A stretch of 64,000 bases of DNA, taken from the NCBI GenBank assembly GCA_047967505.1, contig CM106538.1; one strand, given 5' to 3'. Under the pieces are notes generated by a model. That model saw nothing but the letters and a program-made list of their open reading frames with translations, had not been told where the DNA came from and did not search any database. The position numbers and the translations under genes were made by a program. This document shows, one piece after another, positions 35,887 to 48,913 of this stretch. Position 1 is the stretch's first letter. Every line of letters begins with the position of its first letter. Origin of the DNA: Dipteris shenzhenensis (Eukaryota).

Positions 35887-38084
35887 TGTTGGTAAGCTGA
35901 AAGGAAAGCAAAGAGTGGACACAAACTCAGAATACTTGCATTATGGAATGAAGAAGAGTGAGGTCCTTAAGTAGGCACCTCATACATGCTCACTGACATC
36001 ACTGATGACTTCAGAGCTCCACAATCATCTCCTCAATCTGCTCCTAGATTCTCTCAATCATCCTATGTGGCTCTCCACCACCTAACTGTGCTTATGGGCA
36101 CCTAACTGTGTCTCTAGCACTCACACATAGAAACCAAGGTGTGCCTGAGGCATACACCTTGAGATATCCCATCAAACCCCCCCTCAAGGGAATACCTCAG
36201 GCTATGTCAAGGGTACATCTAGTCTCATAGTTTCTCATGCCATCTCATGGTGGTCAAGGATAAATGTATGGCTAGGTTCTCATGCTAGCAAGGGTTCCCT
36301 TGGGTGTAAGGTAAACAAAAGGGAATACAAAAAGACATTCCAATGGTTATCTCCCCTGCATGTACATGCACACAATGTCTGCAGGAGGTACCATGGAGCA
36401 AAACATACACATGGCCTACATCATAAGGTGACCAGAGGTGTTTACAAAATACACAAAACACAATAGTTTATTTCATTCATTTTGGAGGACTATCCAGGCT
36501 GAGTACCTTGACATAAAGAGAGATTTGGAGCATACATAGAGATGATTTAAAATGCATAATCTTCAAAGGATGCCTCATCTTGTGGAGGCAAAATGTCCAT
36601 GTCAAGGCAAGGTCTTACCACATGGGCAGTGTCTAGTGCCTTATAAGATGGTACTATGATAGAACAAGTGGATCTGAAAATCATATCCTTCAAGAGAACA
36701 ATTATCTTGTCATCTCCATAGTTGTGTAGAGAAGCATATCTTAGGTATCTGACCTTCATCTTTTTCTTGTACTTGGAGTCAAATAAAAGTGCCATGAGAG
36801 GGTAGATCTCTGGCTTTGTAGTTGCTTCCTTTTTGGCAACCATTGTTTTGGCAATCTTCAACAAGGAAGTCAGGTTGGCATTTTCATCCTTTGTAGCATA
36901 ACAAGACATTGCTTTATGTTTTGGCTTTTCACATATTTTGCATAAGCAAGCCATGAGAGGGTCTAACCTAGGTATTGGGCAGTGTCTTCTCTCTTACAGG
37001 GCTTAGAATAACAACTGAAATGCTTCAAAATATAAGCATTTAATGTAGCAAAGTCTTGTGACCAAATTTCAAACAATGATGCTTTCACTTACATGCTTCA
37101 TAGAGGTGGCTAAAATGAATACTTTCCAATCAAAACCAGGTCTAGCAATTCAAAGCAAAACTGAAGCCACACTTGTACTGATTTTATTGAAAGTTTAAAA
37201 AAACCAAAAATGCTAGAATAGCATCTTATGTAGCATCTTCTTCAAAAACTTGTCAAAACTGTCAAAACCAAAAGGCTGAACTTGGAGGGCTTGTAGCTTA
37301 CTCTTCAGAGCAAAATAAAAGGGGGTTTTTAAGGCAAAAGAGAGCTGTTATACCATAGAAGATCCTCTGGGAAGAAAAGGTGCAAAAAGATGTCAGAACT
37401 CCATAGCTTGCCTTTCCAATTTCAACTGGTTTTTCTCTATTTTCAGCTTGAATAAGCAACCATTGCTGCTCAGATTTCAGCACAGGATAGCTCTAGGTAT
37501 GGACTAGCTCCCCTGAAAGGAATTAGAGGAAGATGAAGTGTGCTAAGAGAAAACATAGAAGAAAGAGTCGACAGAATTCGTGTAATGGCGACGAAACGGG
37601 CGCGGTTTTCTTCAATTCCTCTCAGCCAAGGGTTTGCCCCTTCGAGGTGGATCTCTAGCAGGAAGGACATGGGAAATGGTTGAGAACTGGAGAACAAGCT
37701 TAAGCAAACTTTGGGAAGAAGAGGGAGAGATGGTGAAGAAGAAGATGATGATGTGGCAGAAATGGGCTCAAGGGGGATCAAAGGGCTTTGATACCATGTT
37801 GGTAAGCTGAAAGGAAAGCAAAGAGTGGACACAAACTCAGAATACTTGCATTATGGAATGAAGAAGAGTGAGGTCCTTAAGTAGGCACCTCATACATGCT
37901 CACTAACATCACTGATGACTTTAGAGCTCCACAATCATCTCCTCAATCTGCTCCTAGATTCTCTCAATCATCCTATGTGGCTCTCCACCACCTAACTGTG
38001 CTTATGGGCACCTAACTGTGTCTCTAGCACTCACACATAGAAACCAAGGTGTGCCTGAGGCATACACCTTGAGATATCCCATGA
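35887..38084 (-). mobile_element. Non-autonomous mini LTR retrotransposon (2.2 kb, 288-bp LTRs)
   Basis: LTRs 35887-36174 and 37797-38084 differ at 3 positions by my count. PBS TGGTATCAAAGCC at 37784-37796, G-run PPT at ~36175-36186, TSD CCTCA/CCTTA. Confidence 0.93.
36547..36954 (-). pseudogene. Collapsed copia-like ORF: CCHC zinc knuckle joined to vestigial RT-end/RNase H-like text
   Basis: CKICEKPKHKAMSC fits CX2CX4HX4C. Downstream RYLRY...YG and KALD echo copia RILRY and TKAL only weakly. Confidence 0.5.
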
Positions 38085-41000
38085 CCTTAATGTGCTTTGT
38101 TCTAGCATGATAGACTGGGTTATTTGCCAAGTGTATACTGCTCATGTTGTCACAATAAATGACAACTAGCCCATCTGTAGACTGATGCATATCATAAAGT
38201 AGCTTATGCAACCAAGCTACCTCACATGCAGCCCCTCACATGCAGCCATTGCTGCACCCCTGTACTCAGCCTCTGTGCTCGACAAGGCAGCTGTAGGCTG
38301 TTTCTTGCTGCTCCAAGTGACTGTAGCACTCCCAAAAGAGAACACATATCCACTGGTAGATCGTTTATCAGAAATACTACCAGCCCAATCAGCATCAGTG
38401 TATCCATGCAACTGTATCTGAACCCCAGTCTCATAAAATAGTCCATACTAACTTCACATACCTGAGTATGCATCTAGCCACATCCAAATGCGGTTTCCTT
38501 GGAGCTTGCATAAACTGACTTACCAATCCAACAGCATAGCTCAAATCTGGTCTGGTAATAGTCATATAAATCAAACTTCCTACTATGCGTCTGTACATAG
38601 TAGGGTCTTCCAAAAGCTCACCTGCATTTGTTCTCAGCTTCACATTCTGCTCCAAAGGAACTGAAATAGGCTTACAGCCTGTCATCCCATATTTGGACAG
38701 CATATCCAATCCATACTGCCTCTGTAAGAGCCATATCCCACTTGGTGATCTAATCACCTCAATGCCCAAGAAATAACGCAGCTCTCCCAAATCCTTCATC
38801 TCAAACTTCTACTTCAATAGCATTTTCACATGAAGGATATCTTCATCACCATCACCTGTGATGATCAAATCATCAACATAAATGACAAGCAACATAAAAC
38901 CTTTCTCTGTTTTTCTCACATAACGTGAGAAATCTGCCTTGGAAATCTGAAAGCCAATAGTGACAAGATACTGTATCTTGTCAGACCATGCTCTAGGTGC
39001 TTGCTTCAAGCCATACAAGGCTTTCTTCAACCTGCAGACAAACATAGGATGAACAACATGAACATAACCTGGTGGTTGCTCCATAAAGACCTCTTCTTGC
39101 AAATCACCATGCAAGAAGGCATTCTTTACATCCATCTGATGTAAAGACCATCCCTTTGATGCAGCCATAGCAATGACTGCTCTTACGGTTGCCATCCTTG
39201 CAACCGAAGTGAATGTTTCTTCATAATCAATGCCATATGTCTGCACATATCCCTTGAAACCTAGTCTTGCCTTGTATCTGTTCACAGAACCATCTGCATT
39301 GTGCTTCACCTTATAAACCCACTTACAGCCAATTGCATTCTTGTCTTTAGGCAAAGGCACCAATTCCCATGTAGCATTTGCTTCCAAGGAATCCATTTCT
39401 TCATCCATGGCTTTCTCCCATTTTTCTTTTCCCATGGCTTGCTCAAAAGAAGTGGGTTCTAGTTCCTATATCACTTTGACCATATAGGCATAGTGAATGG
39501 CTGTAAATCCATCATATTTCAGCCTATCCACAAGATACCTAGCTTTGGTAGACCTGCACAAAATAGAGTCACTTCTAGGTGCTCTCAAAACATCCCTGGT
39601 CTTCCTTACTCCAAGTGTAACAATAGAAGGAATACCCAACTCATCATCAATGCTCTGTTTTGAGCCACTGGATTCACCATTCACATAAGAGTGACCTGCA
39701 TTCACATCAAACATGGGCTGATCTACCTTCTCTTTTCCTTTTTGTGATACCTGCATACCACTATCTGCATTGCTTTGAGGAGATTCTCCTGATCTCAATC
39801 TGCCTGTCCATGGCGAAGTATGTGAACCACTGCTAGAGGACACTGTAGGTCAACTAATATTTTGTGATAGCTGCTGTGAATTCTGTGCAGCATTACCATT
39901 TTGTGCATCTACATTATCAATCACATTTACTGGTTTATACCAGCTACTCATCTCATAAAAAACAACATCTCTGCTCACTCTAAACTCACGAGTAGAAGGG
40001 TTATAGCATCTATACCCTTTCTGCTGCAGAGAATAACCAATAAAGATGCACTTCTTAGCTTTTGGATCCAACATGGGCCTCAACTCATCCGGCACATGAA
40101 CATAGGCAATGCAACCAAAAATTTTCAAATGAGAAATATCTGGTTTCCTATGAGTATACATCTCCTCTGGTGTCATGCCATGTATTGCTGCAGTGGGATT
40201 CCTATTCATTATGTAAACTGCTGTAGCAATTGCTTCAGCCCAATAATAATCTGGTAGGTCTTTTTCATTTAGCATGGCCCGAGATACCTCTCCAATATGC
40301 CTGCTTTTCCTTTCTACAAGTCCATTTTGCTATGGGGTATGACTGCATGAATATTGTTGCTTTATGCCATGCTCGTACAGGAACCTTGCAAACTCATTTG
40401 AGAGGTACTCTCCCCCTCCATCTGACCTTAGGCATTTTATTCGCAGGCCTGTTTCTTTTTCAACCATAGCTTTAAAAGCTTTGAAATGCCCAAACACTTC
40501 ACTTTTCTATTTCATAAAATACACCCAAACTTTTCTGTTGTAGTCATCAATAAAAGTGATAAAATAATGACAGCCTCCAATAGATGCAGCTTTAGTAGTC
40601 CACACATCAGAGTGGATTAATTCCAATGGCTTCTTACTCTCTTGAACATGTCTAGGAAATGGTTTCCTTGCCTGTTTTCCAAATTGACAGGCTTCACATA
40701 CCTTATGCATTTCTGCAACCTTGAATTTAAGCAATCCTGCAACAATATTTTGGGCCTGCATTGATTTAAGTCATTGTACATTAACATGACCAATGTGTTT
40801 ATGCCAAATATCAATATTTGCAACTACACCGGTCCCATGTGCAAACATTGCTGCACTCAATTCAGGCATGTCCACATCCAACGTAAACATCCTGCCCTTC
40901 TTCTTTCCTTTTGCTATCAAGTGACCGTTATTTTTGATATCCTCAACAAAGCATCCATGAGGATTAAATCTGACCGCAAGCCCTGCTCAACCATTTGACC

Positions 41001-44000
41001 AACAGAAACCAGGTTCTTGGTGATATTCGGGACATGAAATACATCAGAGAGGTATTTCTTTTTCCCATCCTGCATAGACAAAAGAATTTTACCAATCTAC
41101 ACAATAGGATGTGCAGTATCATCACCAGTCTACACAAATCCTGATCTTTCCATTTTCCTTGCATCCTGCATTCATTCTGCATGACCTGTCATGTGGTCTG
41201 ATGCACCTGAGTCAACATACCACACATCATTGCTTTCTTCTGCACTTGTCACAGAATTGGTCATGTGTTGCACCACAAACAGATGCTCATTTCTGTCATC
41301 ACCCTATCTACTAGAAGATGCATAATTCCCTTACTGCAATTTTCCATTCATGATGTCATTCTGCTTTTTATAGCTATCTTTAGCCATATGACCCATTTTA
41401 CCACAGTAGTAGCATTCAACATTGCTATTTGCATTTTGGCCTCTCTACCATCCATCACGACCTCTTTGGCTCCCCCTGCCTCTAGAGTTACCACGTCCTT
41501 CTCCATAGGACTAGTTTTCTTGAGTTTGCTGCATATTTTGATTTCTACCACGGCCTCCAGATCGGCCTGCTCTACCTCTGCCTCTACCTTTTCCAGCATT
41601 TGAGTAGAAGATAGTTTCTTTTGAAGTTCCTCCTGAAGAAGATGCACCACCATTTCTTTGCTCTTCAGAAATTAGAAGTGCAAACAACTCCTCAAAATCA
41701 GGAAATTTTTCACAGACGGCAATGGATGTCCAGAACTGTGCATAATCCTTTCCTAGACCATTCAAGGTCACAGAAACTAAATCATCATCTTCCACTGGCG
41801 ACCCAATGGAAGCAAGTGCATCTGCAATTTTCTTCACCTTCATGTGGTAGTCATTGATGCTCATATTTTCTCTCTGCACATTGTGCAACTCCTACTTGAG
41901 CTGCATTTTCTTGGCTTGCATATTTGTGATGTACATTTTTGCCAAAGTATCCCATGCCTCCTTTGGCATGCTTGCATCCTGAATATGCACAATCATAGAA
42001 TCTGAAATACTGATAGACAGCTAGTACATAACTTTTCTGGCTCTCTCATGCCATCCTTTAAATGCCTACATTTCCTGTTGATTGGGAACATTAGGAAGAA
42101 TTGGTTCTTCTTCATTTCCTATAATGAACTCCCAATAGCCTTTTCCCATAAGGAAATTCGTCATTCTAAACTTCCATGCTTGGAAGTTGTTCTTATCAAG
42201 CTTTTCAGTGACAATCTGTGAAAGAGAATCAGACGCCATTACAGAACACTGCAAAATATTCTGTCACTGCAAAAAACACAGATTCTGCCTCACAAGGGCA
42301 AATCTGCAAAATTGACAAAAATGGTATTTGACCACACAGTCACTTCCTAGTGACAATTTTGCATGAATAGGCAATAAGGATGATTCTATAACTCCTAATA
42401 TCTCTCCATATGATGCAATTTCTACGGCAACTTTTCACCAACTTGCAAAGCAATGATCACACAGTAAAAACAGGGCCTTTTCCTTAGTGCTGCGGAGAAC
42501 TTCCACCTCCAAAACGGGCACCGAAATGGCCTTGAATGCAAAACACGCCCCGAAATTGCCTCGCATATACTGCCCTCTTGCTACACTGTGAAGGGTGTCT
42601 CAATCTGAGACAATGCACTCTTGCACTTTTCGGCTGTGCTACCTATAGAGATTTGCTCCCAAACTCAAAAAAGGAAAGCAACACTGGTCCTCTTACCAAG
42701 ACACCGCAAACTTGGTTTGCTTTCTTGAGCTCCTTACCACGAACTAGGCTCTGATACCATGTGAAGATAGTGGGAGAGAAGGGAGGAGTCTCACTTGCAG
42801 CTTTGTCACATACACAATGGGGGAATACACACAAAGGTGGAGGCTGAAAACAGTTTTTCTCTTCTTAGTTGTGAAAGCCAAAAGAACTTTAGTACAAAGA
42901 AATAGAAGAACCCTATATGTGGGTCTCAAACCAAACTTAGCTAACTAAGGTGGCATACTAACTGAGCCACGAACTAGAGTACATAAGGATAGTTGTCATC
43001 TAGCTATTATTCATGGGCGGTGTACCAACCGCATTTGTAGCTAACAAGTCGGTGACATAAATGCACAATGGTCACCTGGCATATCACGAGTGGAGCTCGA
43101 TATCTCAACAGTGGTTTTTGGGAGTTGTGCATGAGTTGAGTTGGTGGGAGTGTGTTGCATGAGAGTGGAGGAGTGTTCTATGGAGCTTTGAGTTTTGAGG
43201 TCTGAGGCAAGCTTCGTGGTCGGTTCTATCGAGCATGAGGTATGAGGCATGCTTCGAGGCTTGTTCTGTCGAGCTTCTAGGCCTCTTCCATCGAGCTTCA
43301 AGGAGATCTACTTTGAGGGTTGTTCTTGCTTCGAGGGCTGTTCGTGGTTCCTGTTCCATCAATCTTCGAGGAAATTTGCATTGAGTTTCAAGGAGAGGTG
43401 TGCTTGTGAGATGTGCATGAAATTGTGGTGTGAGATCTACTTGGAGGAGAGGTCTACTTGTGTTACATGAGAGTTGTGGACTAGCTTGTGATGTTGCATC
43501 AAGGTTCTGCACGAGAGGTTTGTGGGTTTTCTACTGTTATGAGAGTGGAGTTTTTCTTTCAAGTGTGTGGGAGATGTTCTTTAGAGTGTAGTGGAGTTGT
43601 GCTTGGAGGTCTATAGTGGCGAGCAGTGGAGTGTAGTGTATGCAGCCTGTAGTCGAGCACTGTAGTCGAGCAATTTGAATGGTGGAGCTTGTAGATGGTC
43701 CGTCTTTTTCTCTGGGGTTGAGTCAGGATGTGTGCAAGAATCGTGTTGATGTTGTGGATTTGGAGTTTGGTTCTTCTCTTGGTGCTCAATGCGATGGTGT
43801 TGGTGGTGTGTGGAGAAGGTATTTGTAGATTTGCTTCTGGTAGCAGTACTTTTGGAGGTGTTTTGGCTAGTGGCACTTCAGGTAATTTGGTTGATCATTG
43901 TGGTGGTGGTGTTTCAGCTACTACTACTTCTTGTTTCGCTAGTGGAAGTGTTGCTTGTGTTTCTAGTGATGGTATTTCGGTTGATCCTTGTGGTGCTTCT

Positions 44001-45090
44001 ATTGGTGGTTGTCTACGGGTGCTTTTGGTGGTGGTGGTATTTTGATTGGTGCTTCTGGTGGTGGTGTTTCAACGGGCACTTGTAGTGGTTTGTGAGATGT
44101 TTCTGATTTGGGGGAGAGGGAGTTTGGAGTTGAAGTTGGTACTAGTGCTGGAAGTAGTGTTTCTAGTGTGAAGCATTCTCCTGTGGCCTTTTCCTTGGAT
44201 TCATAGTTGTAGATGCAGTGTCCGAGAGGTGTTGTTCCTATTAATTTGGAATATGACTCGGGAGTTCATGGAAGGATTTTGTTGGCCGACGGAGTTTTAT
44301 TAGAGGTTTGTGTACATTGTTTTGTTTTCTTAATTTTGCTTTTTAGTTATGTTTTTGTAGTGTTTTGTATATGTGCTTCAAAATGCCTAATGTATGTGGT
44401 TCTTTGCAAGTGGTGGTGATGTTGGACGTGTTGGTGGTCATTCTATTAGTGTTGTTGCTGGTCGTTCAAATGTAGGGGTTTTTGGTCAAGGTGGTTCTAG
44501 TTGTGCTGGTTGTTCAATACATGTCTTTCTGATCGAGGTGGTTCTGATAGGGGTGTTAATTCTATTGGTAGTGGCTTTGACATTGGTTTTTAGAAGGAGG
44601 TTGGTGCTGGTATGGTTGGGAATTCATGTGTTTCTAGAGGTGTTGCTATCATTCTAGATGTTGGTGGTATTTTGAGAAGTGTTGTTGATGATTCTCGTTA
44701 TGCTAAAGGTATTTATAGATTTATTTTGTTTTTGTTTGTTTCTCATTTTTGTTTTTGTTTTGTTGGTTTCTTATTTTTGTTTCATAAATCAGGTGCTGGT
44801 ATTGGTGGTCTTGATGGAGGTGTTATTGTTGCTGGTGGTATTGGTGCTACTCGTGTAGGTGTTAGTGCTGGTGTTGGTAGTATTGGAACAAATGCTCTTA
44901 ATGTGCAAAAATAGTTTACTATTTTTTTTCATTGTATGTTGGTTGTGTAGAGCAGTTTACTGTATTTTGCATTTGTGATTCAGGTCCTTTTAGAGGTGTG
45001 TTTTAATTTTGTAGTTAGGTTTTGCTTATTTTTTATTTGTTAGTCTTCTTGTTGCCTTTTTTAGTTTTTAATTTTGGTTTTTTGGTTTAG

Positions 45091-45815
45091 TGTTGGCATT
45101 GGTGGTTCTGGTCATGGTTTTCACCGATAATCATGGTGGTTGTTCTATTGTGGGTGTATCTGGTAGGGGTGGAGGAGGTGTTGATTATCTTGGTGGTCAA
45201 TCATCTGTTTCTTTGGATCTTGAATTGGAGAAGGAGATTGAGTGTGGATCTAGTGGCAGTAAGGAGGAGTGGTGGGCTTGCAATCACTTTGATTTGTGGA
45301 GGGTTGATAATGGGTTTGATACTTCAATTGCTATGGAGGATTAAGATGTTTGTAATTTTGATTGAATGCTTAAGAAGTTTATTGTTCAGATAAGAAAAGA
45401 TGATGGGTCTTTGTATCCTCCTGCAACTATAATGGTTCTTTTTCAGGCATTTGATCGGATTCTTAAGCATTGGACAAGAGGCTCAAATTGCTAATCCGGG
45501 GGTTGATGAATTTCCTATTAATATTCTAAAGAGTCCTATTTTTTAAAAAAAGATAGGTTGCTTTGGGGATTGCTATGAATCACAGTGTTCAGAAAGATGG
45601 TTTGCAGGATGTGAAGAAATCTTAGGTTTTGGGATTAAGAGATGAAATTATGGTGTTGAGTCATCCCGACTTCCATTTTTTTCACCCAGAGGTTTGCATA
45701 AACATTTTGCATTTTACTATTTGTTGCGATTTGTAATTTGTGGAGGCTTTGATTTTCATGATGTTCAGCGTGCACAGTTTGTTCGTGGTGCTGACTCATC
45801 TGGTCAATTTGTTGA
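45091..45815 (+). pseudogene. Crypton/DUF3504-type tyrosine recombinase exon, disrupted and 3'-truncated
   Basis: Manual translation across stops and frameshifts: WACNHFDLWR...MLKKFIVQIRKDDGSLYPPATIMVLFQAFDRIL...ALGIAMNHSVQKDGL..VKKS*VLGLRDEIMVLSHP...RGLHKHFAFYYLLRFVI(C)GGFDFHDVQRAQFVRGADSSGQFV. Acceptor at 45089-90, donor GTAAG at 45816. Confidence 0.8.
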
Positions 45816-47604
45816 GTAAGTTTTTGTTGTTTGCTTTTTTGTTTGTTTTTTTTGTGTCTTTTGTGAGTGCATTTAAAAGTTGTGGTGTTTTGTTTGTACT
45901 CCACGTCCAAAAGCATGTCCTAACCTTGCAACTCCTCCCCTCTCCTCCAACCTTGCAACCCATCCTCTCCCTCTCCTCCCTTCTCCTCCTCCTCCTCCCT
46001 CCTCCTCCCTCCTCTCTCTTCTTTCCCCCATGCTCTTACACCTTCTTCCTCTCCCACTCCTATGCTCCCCCTAAACCCTTAGTTCCTCAACCCTTAACCT
46101 CCATGATCTATGAGGGAGACAAGTTCTCCACCATTTACTCTACCCTAAACCTTGGATCCTCCTTCTTACCTTGGAACCTCTTCTAGACCTTGGAACCTCC
46201 TTCTAAACTTTGGAACCTTCTTCTAAACTTTGGAACCTCCTTCTAAACCTTGGAACCTCCTTCTAAACTTGGAACCTCCTTCTAAACCTTGGAATCTCCT
46301 TCTAACCCTTAAACTTCTCCTAAACCCTACAAACCCCAATGAAGGCAAAAGCCTTAATTACCTTAACCATGATGATATACTCCTTTCACACATGCATGCA
46401 CTATGTTTTCTTACCACACTTAAGCCTACGTCTCTCACCGGAATACGACTCGAGGTCCTAAGCTACACATATACTACAAACGACAACCCCAATATATCTA
46501 TAGGTGACAAAAAGCCTCAAAACCCTGCATATTGAGAATACCCTACTCTTCCTATGAAAGTCATGGGAAAGAGCCAACATTTGGTGCCGCTGCCAAGGAG
46601 ACTAGCGTCTCAAGTAATGAGTAAACATATGGAGGTATGTGTAAAAAAGAAACTACTTTGAGCTTTCACGAACATAACACTCAAGGTCAAGGAGAGTAAA
46701 ATTTTTTTAACTCTAGCCAAACATATCAACCCCAAGCATCAACTTTGGGTTACTACCTTAAGAAATTTTCTTTATTTCTTAAAAAGAAGCCACTTGATAA
46801 ATAATTAGGCTAGGTAGTGGACATGAATGTGTAGAGCTTGCAATTTCGATCATTTCACCTTTTTGCAGAAGAGTAAACTGAGCTAACCATGAAAAGTTGT
46901 GACTCGGGAAGAGTTTAGGGTTTAACCCTAAATCTATAAATCTACACCCATTTCCTATAAAAACCCACTCCACCCCCTCATTCTTCATCTTTCACATCTT
47001 GCGTCCATACTCTTCCCCATTCCGAGCCCTATGCAAAACACTCTTCCCTCTCCATCAACCCCCACCCTACTCCCATCCTCACATGGTGAGTTACTTTGAG
47101 CCCATCTTGTAGTGATAACCTAGCCATCCACCCACCATCCATTCATCCTCAACAATCCCATCGTGAAAGACTTGGAGAGCATTTAGGTGGCCATCTCTTC
47201 CTCCCTTTGGATTTCTATCAAAGTTTTCTGTCTGTCAAGTTTTTTTTTTCTTTTTTTCTGCCTCCCCCTCCACCATTCCCCCCACGACCACCATCCCCCT
47301 CCTCCATCTCCACCACCCCCCCTTCCCCCCCCTCTCCTCCATCTCCACCACCCCCTCCACCCTTTACCCCCCTCACCCCCCTTCCATATCCACCCCCACA
47401 CCCCTCTCCACCACCCCCTCCCCCCCCCCCCTTCTCCCCCTCCCCCCCCCCCCCCCTCTCCACCCCCCCCCTCCCCTCCATCTTCCCCCCCCCCTCCATC
47501 TCCTCCCCCCCTCTCCACCCCCCTCCATTCCAACCCCCCTCTTTCCCCCCCCTCCCTCTTCTCTCTCTCTCTCTCTACCCCCTCCCTCTCTCTCTACCCC
47601 CTCT

Positions 47605-47635
<31 letters not shown>

Positions 47636-47685
47636 AGCCCTCCTCCCTCCTCTCTCTCTCTCTATCTTTCTCTCTCTCTCTACCC

Positions 47686-47733
<48 letters not shown>

Positions 47734-48545
47734 CTCCCCCTCTCTCTCTCTACCCCCCACCAGTCGCTCCACTCCCTACCCTCCTAAAGCACCTAACTAA
47801 TACCTAAAGGCTAAAGCCCTTAGTAAGGGCCTATAAGGCCTTGCCTTAAAGGCAAGGCAGCCCGCTCGCATAGCACCGCCCATAGTGGCATGCTAGTGGC
47901 ACAGCCTGCACTCCACCCTACCCTTCCAATTCTGCCTTTGTGTCTGCGGTGCCCGCCCGCCTCACCAAGACTTCCCTGCCCCGCCCCATGATGCCTCCTC
48001 CCCATCTTCGCTTGTGACTCTCCTCCCTCCTACACGCCTCCCCTCCTCCACCCCAGCCAAAAAGCTCCACTCCTCTCCATCCCCTTCTTCATCCTCCTCC
48101 ATCTCCTTCACCCCCTCCATCCCCTCACGCCACAGCTCAGCACTGCCCGATGCCCCCTTCCCCCCCCCCATTTTTAAAATTTATTATTAAATTTTTTTAT
48201 TTATTAAAGGAAAACTAACTAGCCCTAGTCCTAACTAACCTAGGTTAGGTTAGTGTTGCTAGTGATTAGGTCTGCATTAACTATAATCAGGTTAGTATAC
48301 TAACCATTGTTAGTTAGACATAGATATAGGTTAGGCTAAGTTTAACCTAATTGTTGTTAGGATAGGTTAGCTTGTTGTTAGGTTAGGTGGAACTTGTTAG
48401 GTCAGTTAGTTCAACTAGTTGTAGTTAGTTAGATCTAGTTAGTTTAGGTTCAATTAGGTTACTTGTAGTAACTGATAGTAAGGGTTATAGGTTAGTTAGA
48501 CTAACCAAAATTAACCTAGTTCAAAACCCTCAGTTGGACTTAAAG

Positions 48546-48913
48546 TGTTGAGATATCGAGCTCCACTCGTGATATGCCAGGGTGACCATTGTGCATTTAT
48601 GTCACCAACTTGTTAGCTGCAGATGCGGTTGGTACATCGCCCATGTGGATGACAGCTATCTTTATGTACTCTAGTTAGTGGCTCAGTTAGTATGCCACCT
48701 AGGTTAGCTGATTTTGGTTTGAGATTAGCTGATTTTGGTTTGAGATGCACATATAGGGTTCACCTATTCCTTTTGTACTAAGAGAGTTCTTTTGACTTTC
48801 ATAACTAAGAAGAGGAAAATTGTTTTCATCCTCCACCTTTGTGTGTATTCCCCCATTGTGTATGTGAGAAAGCTGCAAGTGAGACTCCTTACTTCTCTCC
48901 CACTCTCTTCACA
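48546..48913 (+). mobile_element. Solo LTR of copia A with TSD TAAAG
   Basis: TGTTGAGATATC...CTTCACA, with TAAAG at 48541-45 and 48914-18. Contains an internal ~21-bp duplication. Confidence 0.96.

Larger units (their letters stand above)
35710..42239 (-). pseudogene. Copia gag-pol of copy 3, disrupted and interrupted in RNase H
   Basis: ORF pieces 41511-41888, 40507-40761, 39850-40275, 38809-39435, 38431-38799 and 38217-38411 (YTDADWAG). HARTKHI and EVHYHYVRE are split by the 35887-38084 insert. Confidence 0.94.
35359..43110 (-). mobile_element. Copia A copy 3, full-length structure with TSD GTGGT, carrying a nested element
   Basis: LTRs 35359-35709 and 42760-43110 (351 bp, TG...CA), PBS 42748-42759, PPT from 35710, and GTGGT at 35354-35358 and 43111-43115. 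Confidence 0.97.

Noticed and set aside
36135-36161. Hairpin CAAGGTGTGCCTGAGGCATACACCTTG in the mini-element LTR resembling the 30744/30879 palindromes
   Set aside because: Only ~8 bp are shared and the contexts are unrelated, so it is probably coincidence.
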